Shown: positions 26,063 to 38,276 of the stretch, one piece after another
Numbering within the stretch: position 1 is the stretch's first letter
How the letters are laid out: each line of letters starts with the position of its first letter
DNA from: Squalus acanthias
Lineage: Eukaryota
DNA length: 64,000 bases
Direction of reading: 5' to 3'
NCBI GenBank assembly: GCA_030390025.1
Contig: CM059427.1
Location: forward strand, 62,744,001-62,808,000
The notes under the pieces: generated by a model
Told to the model about the DNA's origin: nothing
Databases searched by the model: none
Seen by the model: the letters and a program-made list of their open reading frames with translations, nothing else
Translations under genes and position numbers: made by a program

Positions 26063-28349
26063 GATCTTTCAAATGCCAGAGTTCTCTCAGAAATTAGATT
26101 TTTTTTGCATTCATTTGAAATGGTTACCAATCATCAGTTTGTTGAACGGTTACATGACAACTGTATCCTAAGCCCACCATGTGCAATGTTCTTCTGTCGG
26201 CTTGCTTGCAACAAAGAGGTTTATGAGAGCAGCCGCGGACCTAACAACGGGGTGGGCTGAGGCTGAGGGTGATCGGAAGCTTAAAAAAACAAATCGCCCA
26301 TTTAGAGAGAAGAATGGGGGCCCAAGAGGTTCATTATGAGTAGGTGCAGATCTAAGAACACGAGGTGCAAAATAAATTGCCACTTCAGTGAAAAGAAAGG
26401 AGGCCCATTAGAGGCAGGAGCAGACATGGGAATCAGGTGGATCAAAACCAAGGAGAGGCCAGGAAGAAAATAAATCACCGTACAGTTGAACTTCAAGTCC
26501 ATTCCCGATAATGAGTATCATTATTTTACATAATGGATCTGTAGTTGCCAGTCTCTCTTTTGTCACCCTTTTAAAATATGGGCACCATATGAGCCGGTTT
26601 CTAATCTACTGGTACCTCCCCAGTATCAATTTATTATACTGTATAATGGCCTTATAGGGACCTGCTAGGTTACAGCTTAGCAGCAGATTAATGCATCATA
26701 CATAGTAGACTGCCTGTTTCCTTATAAAGCAGCATTACCTTTCACCTACCATGAGCAATGCCATGGGAGATTTAATAGCCTTAAAAAAAAACTAGACGAG
26801 GGGTGGGGCTGGCATTTCATGTTGTGACCTTCCTTCCACTCGTAGTTTCAGATTTTCTCGTTTCTCCTCCCACTACCTCCCGTGAACCTCAATGACTACA
26901 TTCTTTTAAATTACACCAATAAATGATAGGAAACCAGGTAGTGTAGGATTGCATGCTGTTCTGATCATTAACTGGGCAGTAAACCGTCTGTCTTTGATGG
27001 TGCCCTCGGTTCTCCATTTAGATCTCATTACTGGCACATTAATAAGGCTGACAATAATAGCAGGTGTTATTCAACGCAATTACAGCAGCTTTAACAAGCT
27101 ATGAAAGATCTGGATTTGTTTCAAAGAGTCCAATTAGTTTCTGTTCAGTTAATGATGGTTAGCTCTTTATACTTGGCTTGGCTGATGAGGTGTTACACTG
27201 TATAACAACCTTAAGTTAAACATACAAGTTATTTATGGAGTATATTCCTTATGTGCTTTGAGTACAGATGTCTGCTTGGTGCCTTTTTATCATTCAGCAT
27301 GTGTTGCTGACACCTAAAATTAAATGGTTCGGTGCTATTGGGCCTGAATGCAACCCAAGGCTGAAAGCAGGAACGTCACTGATAAAGGCAACTGGTTTTA
27401 TCCAGAAGCCCCAAGCAGGCTGTTCCACACAGATAGCAGATGGCATGCAGCCTACTGCCATAGTGCATTATTCAACTTCAATTAAAACGCTGCTTTTCTT
27501 CAAACATGACACCTTTGACATTCGCATTAACTGGAGCCCAAGATTTCATATCTTAGAAGCTGCTAGCCTCCGTTCACTGGCTGCTTCAGAGCCCTGTTAC
27601 TGCAGCTCTCAGGCAATTCCGAGCTTCAATCGTTAATCCTTAACATAATGTATGCAATATTAACGCTGATGAGATTAACTGTATTGCTTTAGAAATAACT
27701 TTGATTCTGTTTGCCTTCTCTGCCTTGGCAAATAACTTCTTGGACCAATATTTTCATTGTTCTTCGTACCAAGCCAGGGCGTGATGCAGGAAATTGAATA
27801 TTGCCCCAGTGCAAATGTTTGCCTGAAACCAGAACACATTTTCCAATACACTGAAGAATAGGGATGGAATAATGTGTATTGTTTAATAAGACTTTCTGCA
27901 ACATCAAGCACTAATGAAACATAACCTATTACTATAAGTGCAATACATACAGTGGAGAGCGATACTGTTGCTACGCCTATATTAACTATTAAAATCTAAA
28001 TATGCTCCATCTGATCTGATAACTATTATGGTCCCAAATGTAAAAATCAGGGTTCACTTTAATTTCATTCAGCAGTGTTTTACCACATCCAATACCTTGG
28101 CAGAAAAATTAAGTTCTTGCTGCGGTAGTCAGTCACTCAAATCATTTCAGAGTCTAACATTATTAGGAGAGTTTCGCTGAGCTGTATGTAACGATTTCTT
28201 TTTGAGAGAACTGATTTTTAAAAAGGTTTTGGTTTTTAGTATCTTTCATTAGTAATGTTGTGAATAATCGGTCGGGTAAGGGTATATTACACACCACTGT
28301 TAGTGTCGTTGGAAAGTGGTTCCTGCTTTGCAATAATGCGAAAGATGTT

Positions 28350-29098
28350 GGGGTAGCGATTCCGCTTTGGGCGCAGTCGGGAAACTGGGCGCAAATTGCG
28401 CTGGAAATTGCGGTGTTTTTACAAAGTGAAGTTATCGTTTAAGATTCCGTCCAAATCATTTGCATAGTCACCAACGTAAAATCTTCCATGAACCAGTGAA
28501 ATTGGTCAGCATAACAGAACGTAATTGTTTATTTATTTTTTCCTTGCACTAAATAATATTCGTTGATGTGTTCAAGAGTGGTAACCTGGGGCAGTTTTAT
28601 TAATACAGCTGAAAATGGGTTTATCACAAAAAATAAGTATTTTTAATCAGTGTCTAGTCCACCCGCTCTGAGTAACCTGGTTTTAAATCACTGAAAATTA
28701 ATTTTAAAAATCTATACAGAACCATTTACTAGTTTCATTGGTGTACACTTGTCAGTTCCTTAGTAAATAAATATTTTTGTAATATTTAAAGACTTTTAAA
28801 ACATGTCTACTAGTGCCTTTGCACTGAAAAAAAAAGCTTAATTTGAAGCATCTCCTCGAACAGTCACAAACGGCGGAAACTCGCCATGCTCATTATTTCG
28901 ATCTGAAGCGCAGCCAGTTTTGTGGGCGGGGCCGGCTTCCAGCACAATGGTTTTGAAACTAACGTTAAAGATCGCGGAAACTCGATTGACGTTCGACGTA
29001 ACTTGCGTTTAGAACTCCGCGATCTTTAACGCTGGTTTGGCCGATTTCAGCCGGATTGCGCTGATAAAACCAGCGCAAACTAACGCAAACTCTGGGCC
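28350..29098. mobile_element. Probable Harbinger-type MITE
   Basis: Right end aaactctgggccc resembles the other TIRs; CpG-rich ends and AT-rich centre; left TIR degenerate. Confidence 0.55.
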
Positions 29099-29723
29099 CT
29101 TATGTGAACAGGTTCAGTGGCAGATCGAAGCGATCTCCAGACCCAGCCGTCAAGTGGTGGTTTCAGCCCCAAACTGAAGAACAGAGACATCATTGTCTCC
29201 AGCAGTTTGGGTCTCAAAGGGAGGGAACAATTTGGATACTACCTCAAATCATTCTCTAATCAATTGTCCCTGGGCTAACATGAACAATATTTTTAATAGC
29301 TGCAAATCTACACAAACTGTTTTGTGTGCAGGCGCGTGAGATCATGAGGTTACCATACAAATCTCACATCATAATGACAATGAATCACCAAGATCTCGCA
29401 TCCTGTTTTGGAGGTGCCAGTATGAAAGAGCCCACCAAACGCAAAGTGAACTCGGGAAACATTTGCTCTGAGTTTGAGCAATAGTGTGTGAATATACCAT
29501 AAAAGGCATTACACAAGATCACGAGATAATTATGGATGAGGAAGACCATTCAGTCCAGTTGATTCATCCATCCACAGAGACCCTAACATTTCCCACCACC
29601 AACCCCCCCCCCCCCACCCCCGCAATTGTAGCATCCAATTATATTTTAAATTACTCCCTAGGGTTGTCTCGACTGTTCTATCTGGAAGTTTATTCGATAC
29701 CTTGATCACTTTAATTATTTCTT

Positions 29724-29995
29724 TCCACTCTGCCCCCGCATCCATTTATTTATTCCCTTCTCCCTCATGTATGCATCAAGCCGCCCCTTAATGCTGTCTG
29801 CTTCAGCCACTCCATGCGGCAGCGACTTCCACATTCTCACCACTGTCTGTGTAAGGAAATTCCTCCTAGATTCCTTATTTGATCTGTTAGTGGCTATCTT
29901 ATATATATGCCCCCTTGTTCTGGACTCGCCCACTAGTGGAAACAGTTTCTCCACCCTATTGAACGGTTTCATAGTTTTGAAGACCTCTATCAGGT
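29724..29995 (-). mobile_element. CR1 3' fragment
   Basis: ORF 29715-30047 DLIEVFK...GESRTRGH...RRNFLTQTVVRMWKSLP. Confidence 0.85.
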
Positions 29996-30091
29996 CTTTG
30001 AGGATGCCTCTCTCCTCCTGATTGGTACTACGTTGGTGTACTACCACAATGTATGGAGTACAACCTTTGCTATTGTCACCTCTGAAACCCT

Positions 30092-31369
30092 TTGTTTGAA
30101 TCCCTCCAATCAGGTTTCCGCCCCTGCCACAGTACCGAAACGGCTCTCATCAAAGTCACAAATTACATCATTTGTGACTGTGACAAAGGTAAACTATCCC
30201 TCCTCATCCTTCTCGACGTGTCTGCAGCCTTTGACATGGTTGACCGCTCCATCCTCCTCCAACACCTCTCCACCATCGTCCAGCTGGTTGGGACTGCACT
30301 CACCTGGTTCCATTCTTATCTATCTAATCGTAGCCATAGAATCACCTGCAATGGCTTCTCTTCCTGCTCCCGCATCATTACCTCTGGTGTCCCCCAAGGA
30401 ACTATCCTTGGTCCCCTCCTATTTCTCATCTACATGTTGCCCCTTGGCAACATCATCCGAAAACACAGCGCCAGTTTCCACATGTATGCTGACGACACCC
30501 AGTTCTACCTCACCATCACTTCTCTTGACCCCTCCACGGTCTCTAAATTATCAGACAGCTTGTCCGACATCCAGTACTGGATGGGCAGAAATTTTCTCCA
30601 ATTAAATATTGGGAAGACTGAAGCCACTGTTTTCAGTCCCCACCACAAACTCCGTTCCCTAGCCATTGACTCCATCCCTCTCCCTAACATCTGTCTGAGG
30701 CTGAACCTTGGTGTCATATTTGACCCAGAAATGAGATTCTGACCAGATAACTGTGGCATAACTAAGAACGCCTATTTCCACCTCCGTAACATCGCCCGTC
30801 TCCGTCCTGCCTCAGCTCATCCGCTGCTGAAACCCTCATTCATGCCTTTGTTACGTCTGGACTTGACTATTCCAACGCACTCCTGGCTGGCCTCCCACGT
30901 TCTACACTCTGTAATCTTGAGTTCATCCAAAACTCTGCTGCCCGTGCCCTAACTCGCACCAAGTCCCGTTCACCTATCACCCCTGTGCTCGCTGACCTAC
31001 ATTGGCTCCCAGTTAAGCAACACCTCATTTTCAAAATTCTCATCCTTGTTTTCAAATCCCCTCCATGGCCTCGCCCCTTCCTATCTCTGTAATCTCCTTC
31101 AGCCGCACAATCCCCCGAGATATCTGCGCTCCTCTAATTCTGCCCTCTTGAGCATCCCTGATTATAATCGCTCAACCATTGGTGACCGTGCCTTCAGCTG
31201 CCTAGACCCTAAGCTTTGGAATTCCCTCCCTAAACCTCTCCGCCTCTCTACCTCTCTTTCCTCCTTTAAGATGCTCCTTAAAGCCTACCTCTTTGGCCAA
31301 GCTTTTGGTCATCTGCCCTAATTTCTCCTTATGGGACGTTTTACTATGTTAAAGGTGCTAGATAAATAC
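30092..31369 (+). mobile_element. L2-clade LINE, RT and 3' end pseudogene
   Basis: ORF 30092-30742 QSGFRPCHSTETAL, GVPQGTILGP, YADDTQ; tail continues after the PLE at ~33685 (tacaagttgttgttg). Confidence 0.93.
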
Positions 31370-31437
31370 CCAACACCCCTTCCCCTTCGCCTGGCACCTT
31401 CCCATGCAAGCGCAGGAGATGCAACACCTGCCCTTTT

Positions 31438-32892
31438 TGTAAAGGAATGAGCTATACCTATTCAGAAAAATACACCAACCTATGAACAGAATTCAGACTT
31501 TATTAAAATATGACAAACTGGGTTTAAAAATCTAACAGCCTCAACGACACAAAGCTGTAAATACAGGCTTCTGAGATAAGATGAGTCACAAAGCTGTAAA
31601 CACCATAAAAGCTTTTGAAATGGGAATTGGTTATTGACACTGAGACAATGGCCTCATTGAAACAGAGGGTTGGAGGTTCCAAGAAGTCTGCAGTTTGGAA
31701 CCAACACAATAGCTATACCCAGTTTAAAGTGTTAAAAACTAACATTTCGAACAGAAACACAGAACATTAACAAACCATGTGTCTTTGTAAAAGTAACATC
31801 AAATGAAAGACAGGAAATATAAGTTTGTAATACAACCAACTAAGATGGCTGGGGAAACAATCAAGTACTCGGCTGAAGTGTTTTTGAATTACATATAGTA
31901 AAAGGTACAAACAGAAGACTTTGTAAATATTACATCAATAGATGCACCAAGCAATCACATTGTTTATGTGTTGAACTTGGAACACAAGGAGACGCGAAGT
32001 CTGGCTTACAAGCAGTGAAAGTAATTTAAGAATTCAATAGGAGACCTTCGTAAGAATGGCATCAAATAGATACATCAGTCATAACCATTTTTTATGATAA
32101 CTTTCGAACACCTTAAGGTAGAGACAGAATTCTGCAAGTTAGCAACTGAACTGACAGTAAGAATAGAAAGAAGTCAACAGAAAGATGACTGGAGATAATT
32201 AGCTTACATCAACAGAAAACTTAAAAGAACATGCCACTGCAAAAAGAATGTAAAATATGGAGCTTTCAGATAGGAAGTCAGAAGTCGCTGGAAGGGGCAA
32301 AGCGATTCTCAACTTCAGAGGCAGGCTCTATAAGGTTTTAACTCTTTGAGTCTCGGGGATCAAAAGGTACTTTTATTTGATTTTGGTGGATATTCTGGAT
32401 TAAGAATAAGTAGAAGAGTGGAAATGTAACGAAGTTAAGATTTGAGAATAAGGATCTCTGATAAGAAATGTAAGCTATTTGTATTTTGAACTGTTAAAGT
32501 TGCGATTGACTCGCCAACTGTTAACTACATGTCAGTTCTTTAATAAATCTATATATTTTTAGAATTGTCTCACAGAGTACTTCTGTATCAAACTCGCAAA
32601 CTCAATTTCTGTACACTCTTTTGTGAGGAGTTGCAGAATTCTGGGGGTGTTTCCGGACCCTCATGATGTCCAAAAGGTTACAATCTAGTTTAACTTATTA
32701 AAAGTGCTATATGGAGGACGGTAACATCTTCAAGTCATCCCTTTCCTTTAGGGAGAGATGGTCTGAACCTCTAGACCCAATTAAGCATCTCTAGTACTCG
32801 GCCACCTCTAATTTTAGTTGAAGGTGAACGTCTGGGGAATACGCCTGATCTGGGGTAGCCCGAAAAGGGCTAGGACTATTATTATCCCTTCA
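31438..32892 (+). mobile_element. Solo LTR, 1455 bp
   Basis: TGTAAAGG...CCCTTCA ends; TSD TTTT; cleanly interrupts the PLE; TATAA at 32329, AATAAA at 32542. Confidence 0.8.
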
Positions 32893-33548
32893 TTTTAACT
32901 CCTCCCTCCCACTGTCCAGGGCCCTAAACAGTCCTTCCAGTTAAAAAAGCGATTTACTTGTACTTCTTGCAATTTAGTATACTGTATTCGCTGCTCACGA
33001 TGCGGTCTCCTCTACATTGGGGAGACCAAACACAGATTGGGTGACTGCTTTGCAGAAGACCTTCGTTCAGTCCATAAAGGTGACCCCGAGCTTCCGGTCG
33101 CCTGTCACTTTAATTCTCCACTCCACTCCCACTCAGACCTCACCGTCCTCGGCCTCTTACACTGTTCCAATGAAGCTCAACGTAAGCTCGAGGAACAGCA
33201 CCTCATCTTTCGATTAGGCACTTTACAGCCTTCTGGACTCAAGATCGAGTTCAACAATTTCAGACCATAACCTCTGCCCCTACCTTTTTTTTCCATTTTT
33301 TTTTCTCTCTCTCACATGGCAGCTGTCGATCATTCTGCCATTGCCATTTACACTTCATCTAGAGCTATCTTTTGTTTCTTAACTTGTCCCATTACCATCT
33401 CCTTTTGCCTTGCACCATCATCCCTTTTGTCTCTTAATCTCTCCTGCCTTCCATCCTATCACAGACCTCCCCTTTTGTTCTTTCCTACCCTCCCCCTTTC
33501 CCTGCCTCTGCACTTGCTTAAAAACCTGTTCCATCTCCAGCTTTTTCC

Positions 33549-33585
33549 TGTTCTGACGAAGGGTCATCGACCTGAAACGTTAACT
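33549..33585 (+). ncRNA. Minimal hammerhead ribozyme motif (PLE family 1)
   Basis: GUU-CUGACGA-A-GGGUC-AUC-GACCU-GAAA-CG-UU^-AAC. Confidence 0.75.
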
Positions 33586-33785
33586 CGGTTTCTCTCTCCA
33601 CAGATGCTGCCTGACCTGCTGAGTATTTCCAGCATTTTCTGTTTTTATTTCAGATTTCCAGCATCCGCAGTATTTTGCTTTTGTACAAGTTGTTGTTGTA
33701 GTTTTTGCATCTTTTTTTAAACTTGGTTCAGTGTTTTCCTATGCTCCTCTCAAAATTTATCCCATTCTTTCCCCCCAAGGACTTT

Positions 33786-34631
33786 GGGCTGGATTTTCTC
33801 AATGGAGACGAGTTGGAGGCGGGACTGCTGCTTGTCGTGTCAATGTCCCGCCTCCATCCTCTCTGGCCAACCAGAGGGATTTTCCCCTGATTGACCTTGT
33901 TAAGCCCGCCCTGTGGGCTCAGCAGGCCAATTAGGGAGGAAGTCACTGACAGAGCACATCAACGTCAGATGTGCTATCTGTCAAGACTTCTTGGAAGAAG
34001 AAATATCAGCATTTGACAGCTCTGTGAAGTTGTCAAAACACTGCCATTCTCTGTAGTTTGATGACAGCTTGTGTTCAGGACTCATCAAACCTTTCAACTT
34101 TGTTGATTTCAGATGGCTGTTGGTTCGGAGGATCCAACAGCCAGTCTGTGAAATCAACAACGAGGATGTCAGGTCTCCTGATCCAGAGAGGATGAAGGCT
34201 TTAGGAAGAAAACAAGGTAAGTGAACATTTTTTTACACTTATCACTCACCTTACATACTTACCACTCCACACTTGCACCCATCACTCACCTCTACATCTT
34301 ACTTCCAGGTGCCTCCGACCGCCGCAGACCGCTTACTCGACTCCTCCAACCCGGCGGGGTTCTCCAAGGTCAGGAAGCCTTCACCTGTGAAGGTAAAATG
34401 GCACTAATCCTTTTTTCTGCCTGTTAACTACCTGTTAACAGGCAGTTAAAAGGATTAAATGCCTTTCCCGCCTCCAAGAGACGGGACCCGAAGCAGTACA
34501 TCTTTCCACCTCCTGGCAAAAGGGCACGGAGGCGGGATGGGGGCGGGTTTGCCATCCACTCCCACTTCCTGCAACTTTACCAGCAGTCCCGCCTCCATAC
34601 CCGCCTCCTCGGGGCTGACAAAATCCAGTCC
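33786..34631. mobile_element. PIF/Harbinger-type MITE, 846 bp
   Basis: TIR gggctggatttt / aaaatccagtcc; TSD TTT. Confidence 0.8.
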
Positions 34632-34799
34632 TTTATATCGACTACTTTGCTGTCTTATTTGCCATATTCATCAATTTCGGGGGATGCTTGTTTTACTTAC
34701 CCTTATTTTTCTTGAGTAAGTATAATTTCTTTCCTAAACTGACATATCTTTCACCAATACCACCCAGTTAATTTCTTTTAGTTCAACCCTCTATTGTAA

Positions 34800-35170
34800 A
34801 ACAAATCTGGAAATAAAAGCTTGCATCAGTAAAAGTGGCCAACAAGCTTTTGGATTGTCATTAAAGCTCAACTGGCTTCCTACATTACAACAGTGACTTC
34901 ACTTCAAAAGTACCTAATTGGCTGTAAAGCGCTTTGGGATGTCCTGAGGTCATGAAAGGCGCTATATAAATGCAAGTCAGTCAGTCAGTCATTCTTTCTT
35001 TTTTTCTTTCTGAAAGGAAGGAAAGCTGCCGTCCTTACCCAGTCTTGCCTATATGTGACTCCAGTCCCACACCGACGTAGTTGACTCTTATTTGCACTCT
35101 GAAACCATTCAGTGGAACCAAACCTGGCAACTTGGGATGGGCATTGTTAGCAACAGACACATCCTCAGAA
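34800..35170 (+). mobile_element. SINE family B fragment with a nested SacSINE1-like tail (~34875-34980)
   Basis: aaatctggaaataaaagct...gccgtccttacccagtc...gttgactctta. Confidence 0.65.
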
Positions 35171-35171
35171 T

Positions 35172-36182
35172 CTTCTTAGACAGTCCCTCGGAACCGAGGA
35201 TGACTTGCTTCCACACTAAAAATAAGTTCTCAGGTACCTGATGAGTCCAATGCGGGACCTACAGTCTCTGTCACAGGTGGGGCAGACGGTGGTTGAAGGG
35301 GCGGGTGGGTGGGGTGCTTGGGTTGACGTGCGCTCCTTCCGCTGTTTGCGCTTGGCTTCCGCTTGCTCCCGGTGAAGAGACTCGAGGTGTCCGGGGCCTT
35401 CCCGGATGCTTCTCCTCCACTTTGTGTGGTCTTCGGCCAGGGATTCCCAGGTGTTGGTGGGGATGTTGCACTTTTTCAAGGAGGCTTTGAGGGTGTCCTT
35501 GAAGTGTTTCCTCTGCCCACCTGGGGCTCTCTTGCCGTGTTGGAACTCCGAGTAGAGTGCTTGTTTTGGGAGTCTCGTATCGGGCATGCAGACGATGTGG
35601 CCTGTCCATCGGAGCTGATCAAGCGTGGTCAAAGCTTCGATGTTGGGGATGTTGGCCTGAGCGAGAACACTGACATTGGTGCGCCTATCCTGCCAATGGA
35701 TTTGCAGGATCTTGCGGAGGCAGCGTTGGTGGTACCTCTCCAGTGCTTTGAGGTGCCTGCTGTACATGGTCCATGTCTCTGAAGCATACAGGAGGGTGGG
35801 AATCACTACTGCTCTGTAGACCATGAGCTTGGTGCCAGGTTTGAGGTCCTGGTCTTCAAACACTCTCTTCCTCAGGTGACTGAAGGCTGCACTGGCACAC
35901 TGAAGGCGGTGTTGGACTTTGTCATTGACGTCTGCCCTTGTTGACAGTAGGCTCCCGAGGTATGGAAAGTGGTCCACGTTCTCCAAGGCCTCGTCGTGGA
36001 TTTTGATAATCGGGGGGCAGTGCTGTGTGGCGGGAGCTGGTTGGTAGAGGACCTTTGTCTTATGGATGTTTAGTGTAAGGCCCATGCTCTTGTACGCTTC
36101 GGGGAAGGTGTTGACGATGGTTTGGAGTTCGACCTTCAAGTGTGTGCAGACGCAAGCATCGTCTGCATACTGTAATTCGATG
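35172..36182 (-). mobile_element. RTE LINE 3' fragment
   Basis: ORF 35216-36139 (307 aa, FPYLGS, C-terminal CPTC); TSD acatcct[c/g]agaat at 35159-35171 and 36183-36195. Confidence 0.93.
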
Positions 36183-36707
36183 ACATCCTGAGAATAATTA
36201 TAAAAAGACTGGGGGAATCCCAGGGATCATCATAGAAGTAATCATTACATACCTGCAGGAAAAATAAATTACATGAATGCACTAAGTCCCTTCTTGCTAG
36301 AGCACAGTCAGTACCTGATTGATTTTAAAGGGAGGCGCATGCATGATAAAGGTTTTTGTGAGATACTTCATTTGTGTATAAAGGAAGACAAGACAAAGCA
36401 ATCAAAGATACAGCAACGTCATTGTGGCAATGGTTGTGTCTACCTATCACTAGTAATGTATTATTTTTGCCTTATTGATTTAATAAATATACAGATTAAG
36501 AATGGAAATACTTACTGCTGGTGGAAACCTGGTGGCACAACAATGGAGTAGATGATTCCAGGAACTCTGCCTGCCTGAAAACACCCGAGTGAGATAAAAT
36601 CATCTCCTTATGCAAAAGACATGAATCAGCAGCAGTGAACTAGGGGAGCAGGAAATGACATTCATCCTCTATTTTCAGTCAATGAATTGTACAGTATTTG
36701 AATAGTA

Positions 36708-38276
36708 GACAGCAGGCAGTAGGCTGTCTGCCACAGGGAAAGTCATGGCAAGAATCTTCCTCAATCGCCTTCTCCCAGTGGCTGAAGAGCTCCTCCCAGA
36801 GTCGCAATGCGGATTCCGCCCACTAAGGGGCACAATGGACATGATCTTCACCGCACGTCAATTACAAGAGAAATGCAGGGAACAGTACCAACCGCTGTAC
36901 ATGGCCTTCTTTGATATCACAAAGGCCTTCGACACTGTCAACCGTGAGGGATTATGGAGTGTCCTACTCAAATTCGTCTGACCTCAACAGTTTGTCACCA
37001 TCCTCCACCTGCTTCACGATGACATGCAAGCCGTGATCCTGACCAACTGTTCCACCACAGACCCAATTCACGTACGGACCGGGGTCAAGCAAGGCTGTGT
37101 CATCGCACCAACGCTCTTCTCGATCTTCCCTGTTGCAATGCTCCATCTCACCCTCAGTAAGCTCCCCGCTGGAGTGGAGCTAATTTACAGAACAAACGGG
37201 AAACTGTTCAACCTCCATTGCCTCCAGTCCAGATCCAAGGTCATCCCATCCTCTGTCGTCGAATTACAGTATGCAGACAACGCTTGCGTCTGCGCACACT
37301 CTAAGGCCAAACTCCAAACCATCGTCAACACCTTCACTGAAGCGTACGAGAGCATGGGCCTTACACTAAACATCCATAAGACAAAGGTCCTCTACCAACC
37401 TGCCCCCGCCATACAGTACTGCCCCCCCGATTATCAAAATCCATGACAAGGCCTTGGACAACGTGAACCACTTTCCATACCTCGGGAGCCTACTGTCAAC
37501 AAGGGCAGATGTCGATGACGAAGTCCAACACTGCCTTCAGTGTGCCAGTGCAGCCTTCAGTCGCCTGAGGAAGAGAGTGTTTGAAGACCAGGACCTCAAA
37601 CCCAGCACCAAGCTCATGGTCTACAGAGCAGCAGTGATACCCGCCCTGCTGTATGCCTCAGAGACATGTACCATGTACAGCAGGCACCTCAAAGCACTGG
37701 AGAGGTACCACCAACGCTGCCTCCGCAAGATCCTGCAAATCCATTGGCAGGATAGGCGCACCAATGTCAGTGTTCTCGCTCAGGCCAACATCCCCAGCAT
37801 TGAAGCTTTGACCACACTCGATCAGCTCCGATGGACGGGTCACATCATCTGCATGACCGATACGAGACTCCCAAAACAAGCGCTCTACTCGGAGCTCCGG
37901 CACGGCAAGAGAGCCCCAGGTGGACAGAGGAAACGCTTCAAGGACACCCTCAAAGCCTCCTTGAAAAAGAGTAACATCCTCACTGACACCTGGGAATCCC
38001 TGGCCCAAGACCGCACAAAGTGTAGGAGAAGCATCCGGGAAGGCGCCAAACACCTCGAGTCTCTTCGCCGGGAGCAAGCGTAAGCCAAGCGCAGGCAGCG
38101 CAAGGAGCGCACGTCAACCCAAGCACCCCACCCACCCGCCCCTTCAACCACCGTCTACCCCACCTGTGACAGAGACTGTAGGTCCCGCATTGGACTCATC
38201 AGTCACCTGAGAACTCATTTTTAATGTGGAAGCAAGTCATCCTCGGTTCCGAGGGACTGCCTAAGAGGAAGAGACG
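36708..38276 (+). mobile_element. RTE LINE, RT and 3' end pseudogene
   Basis: ORFs with LPESQCGFRP, GVKQGCVIAP, YADN; TSD atttgaatagta at 36696-36707 and 38277-38288. Confidence 0.95.

Larger units (their letters stand above)
31369..33684 (+). mobile_element. Penelope-like element 3' part (GIY-YIG plus pseudo-LTR, family 1), split by a solo LTR
   Basis: Collinear with 49067-49959; NLVYCIRCSRCGLLYIGET; ORF 33037-33270. Confidence 0.9.

Noticed and set aside
25807-26100. Minus-strand exon ending CAG|GTAAG at ~25811
   Set aside because: No acceptor identified, low-complexity GA-rich translation, and interrupted by an insertion
33316-33720. Hydrophobic 134-aa ORF
   Set aside because: Runs through the pyrimidine-rich PLE pseudo-LTR; no equivalent ORF in the 49.5-kb copy
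35216-36139. 307-aa ORF as a domesticated gene
   Set aside because: Ordinary 5'-truncated RTE copy with a TSD, close to two other local copies
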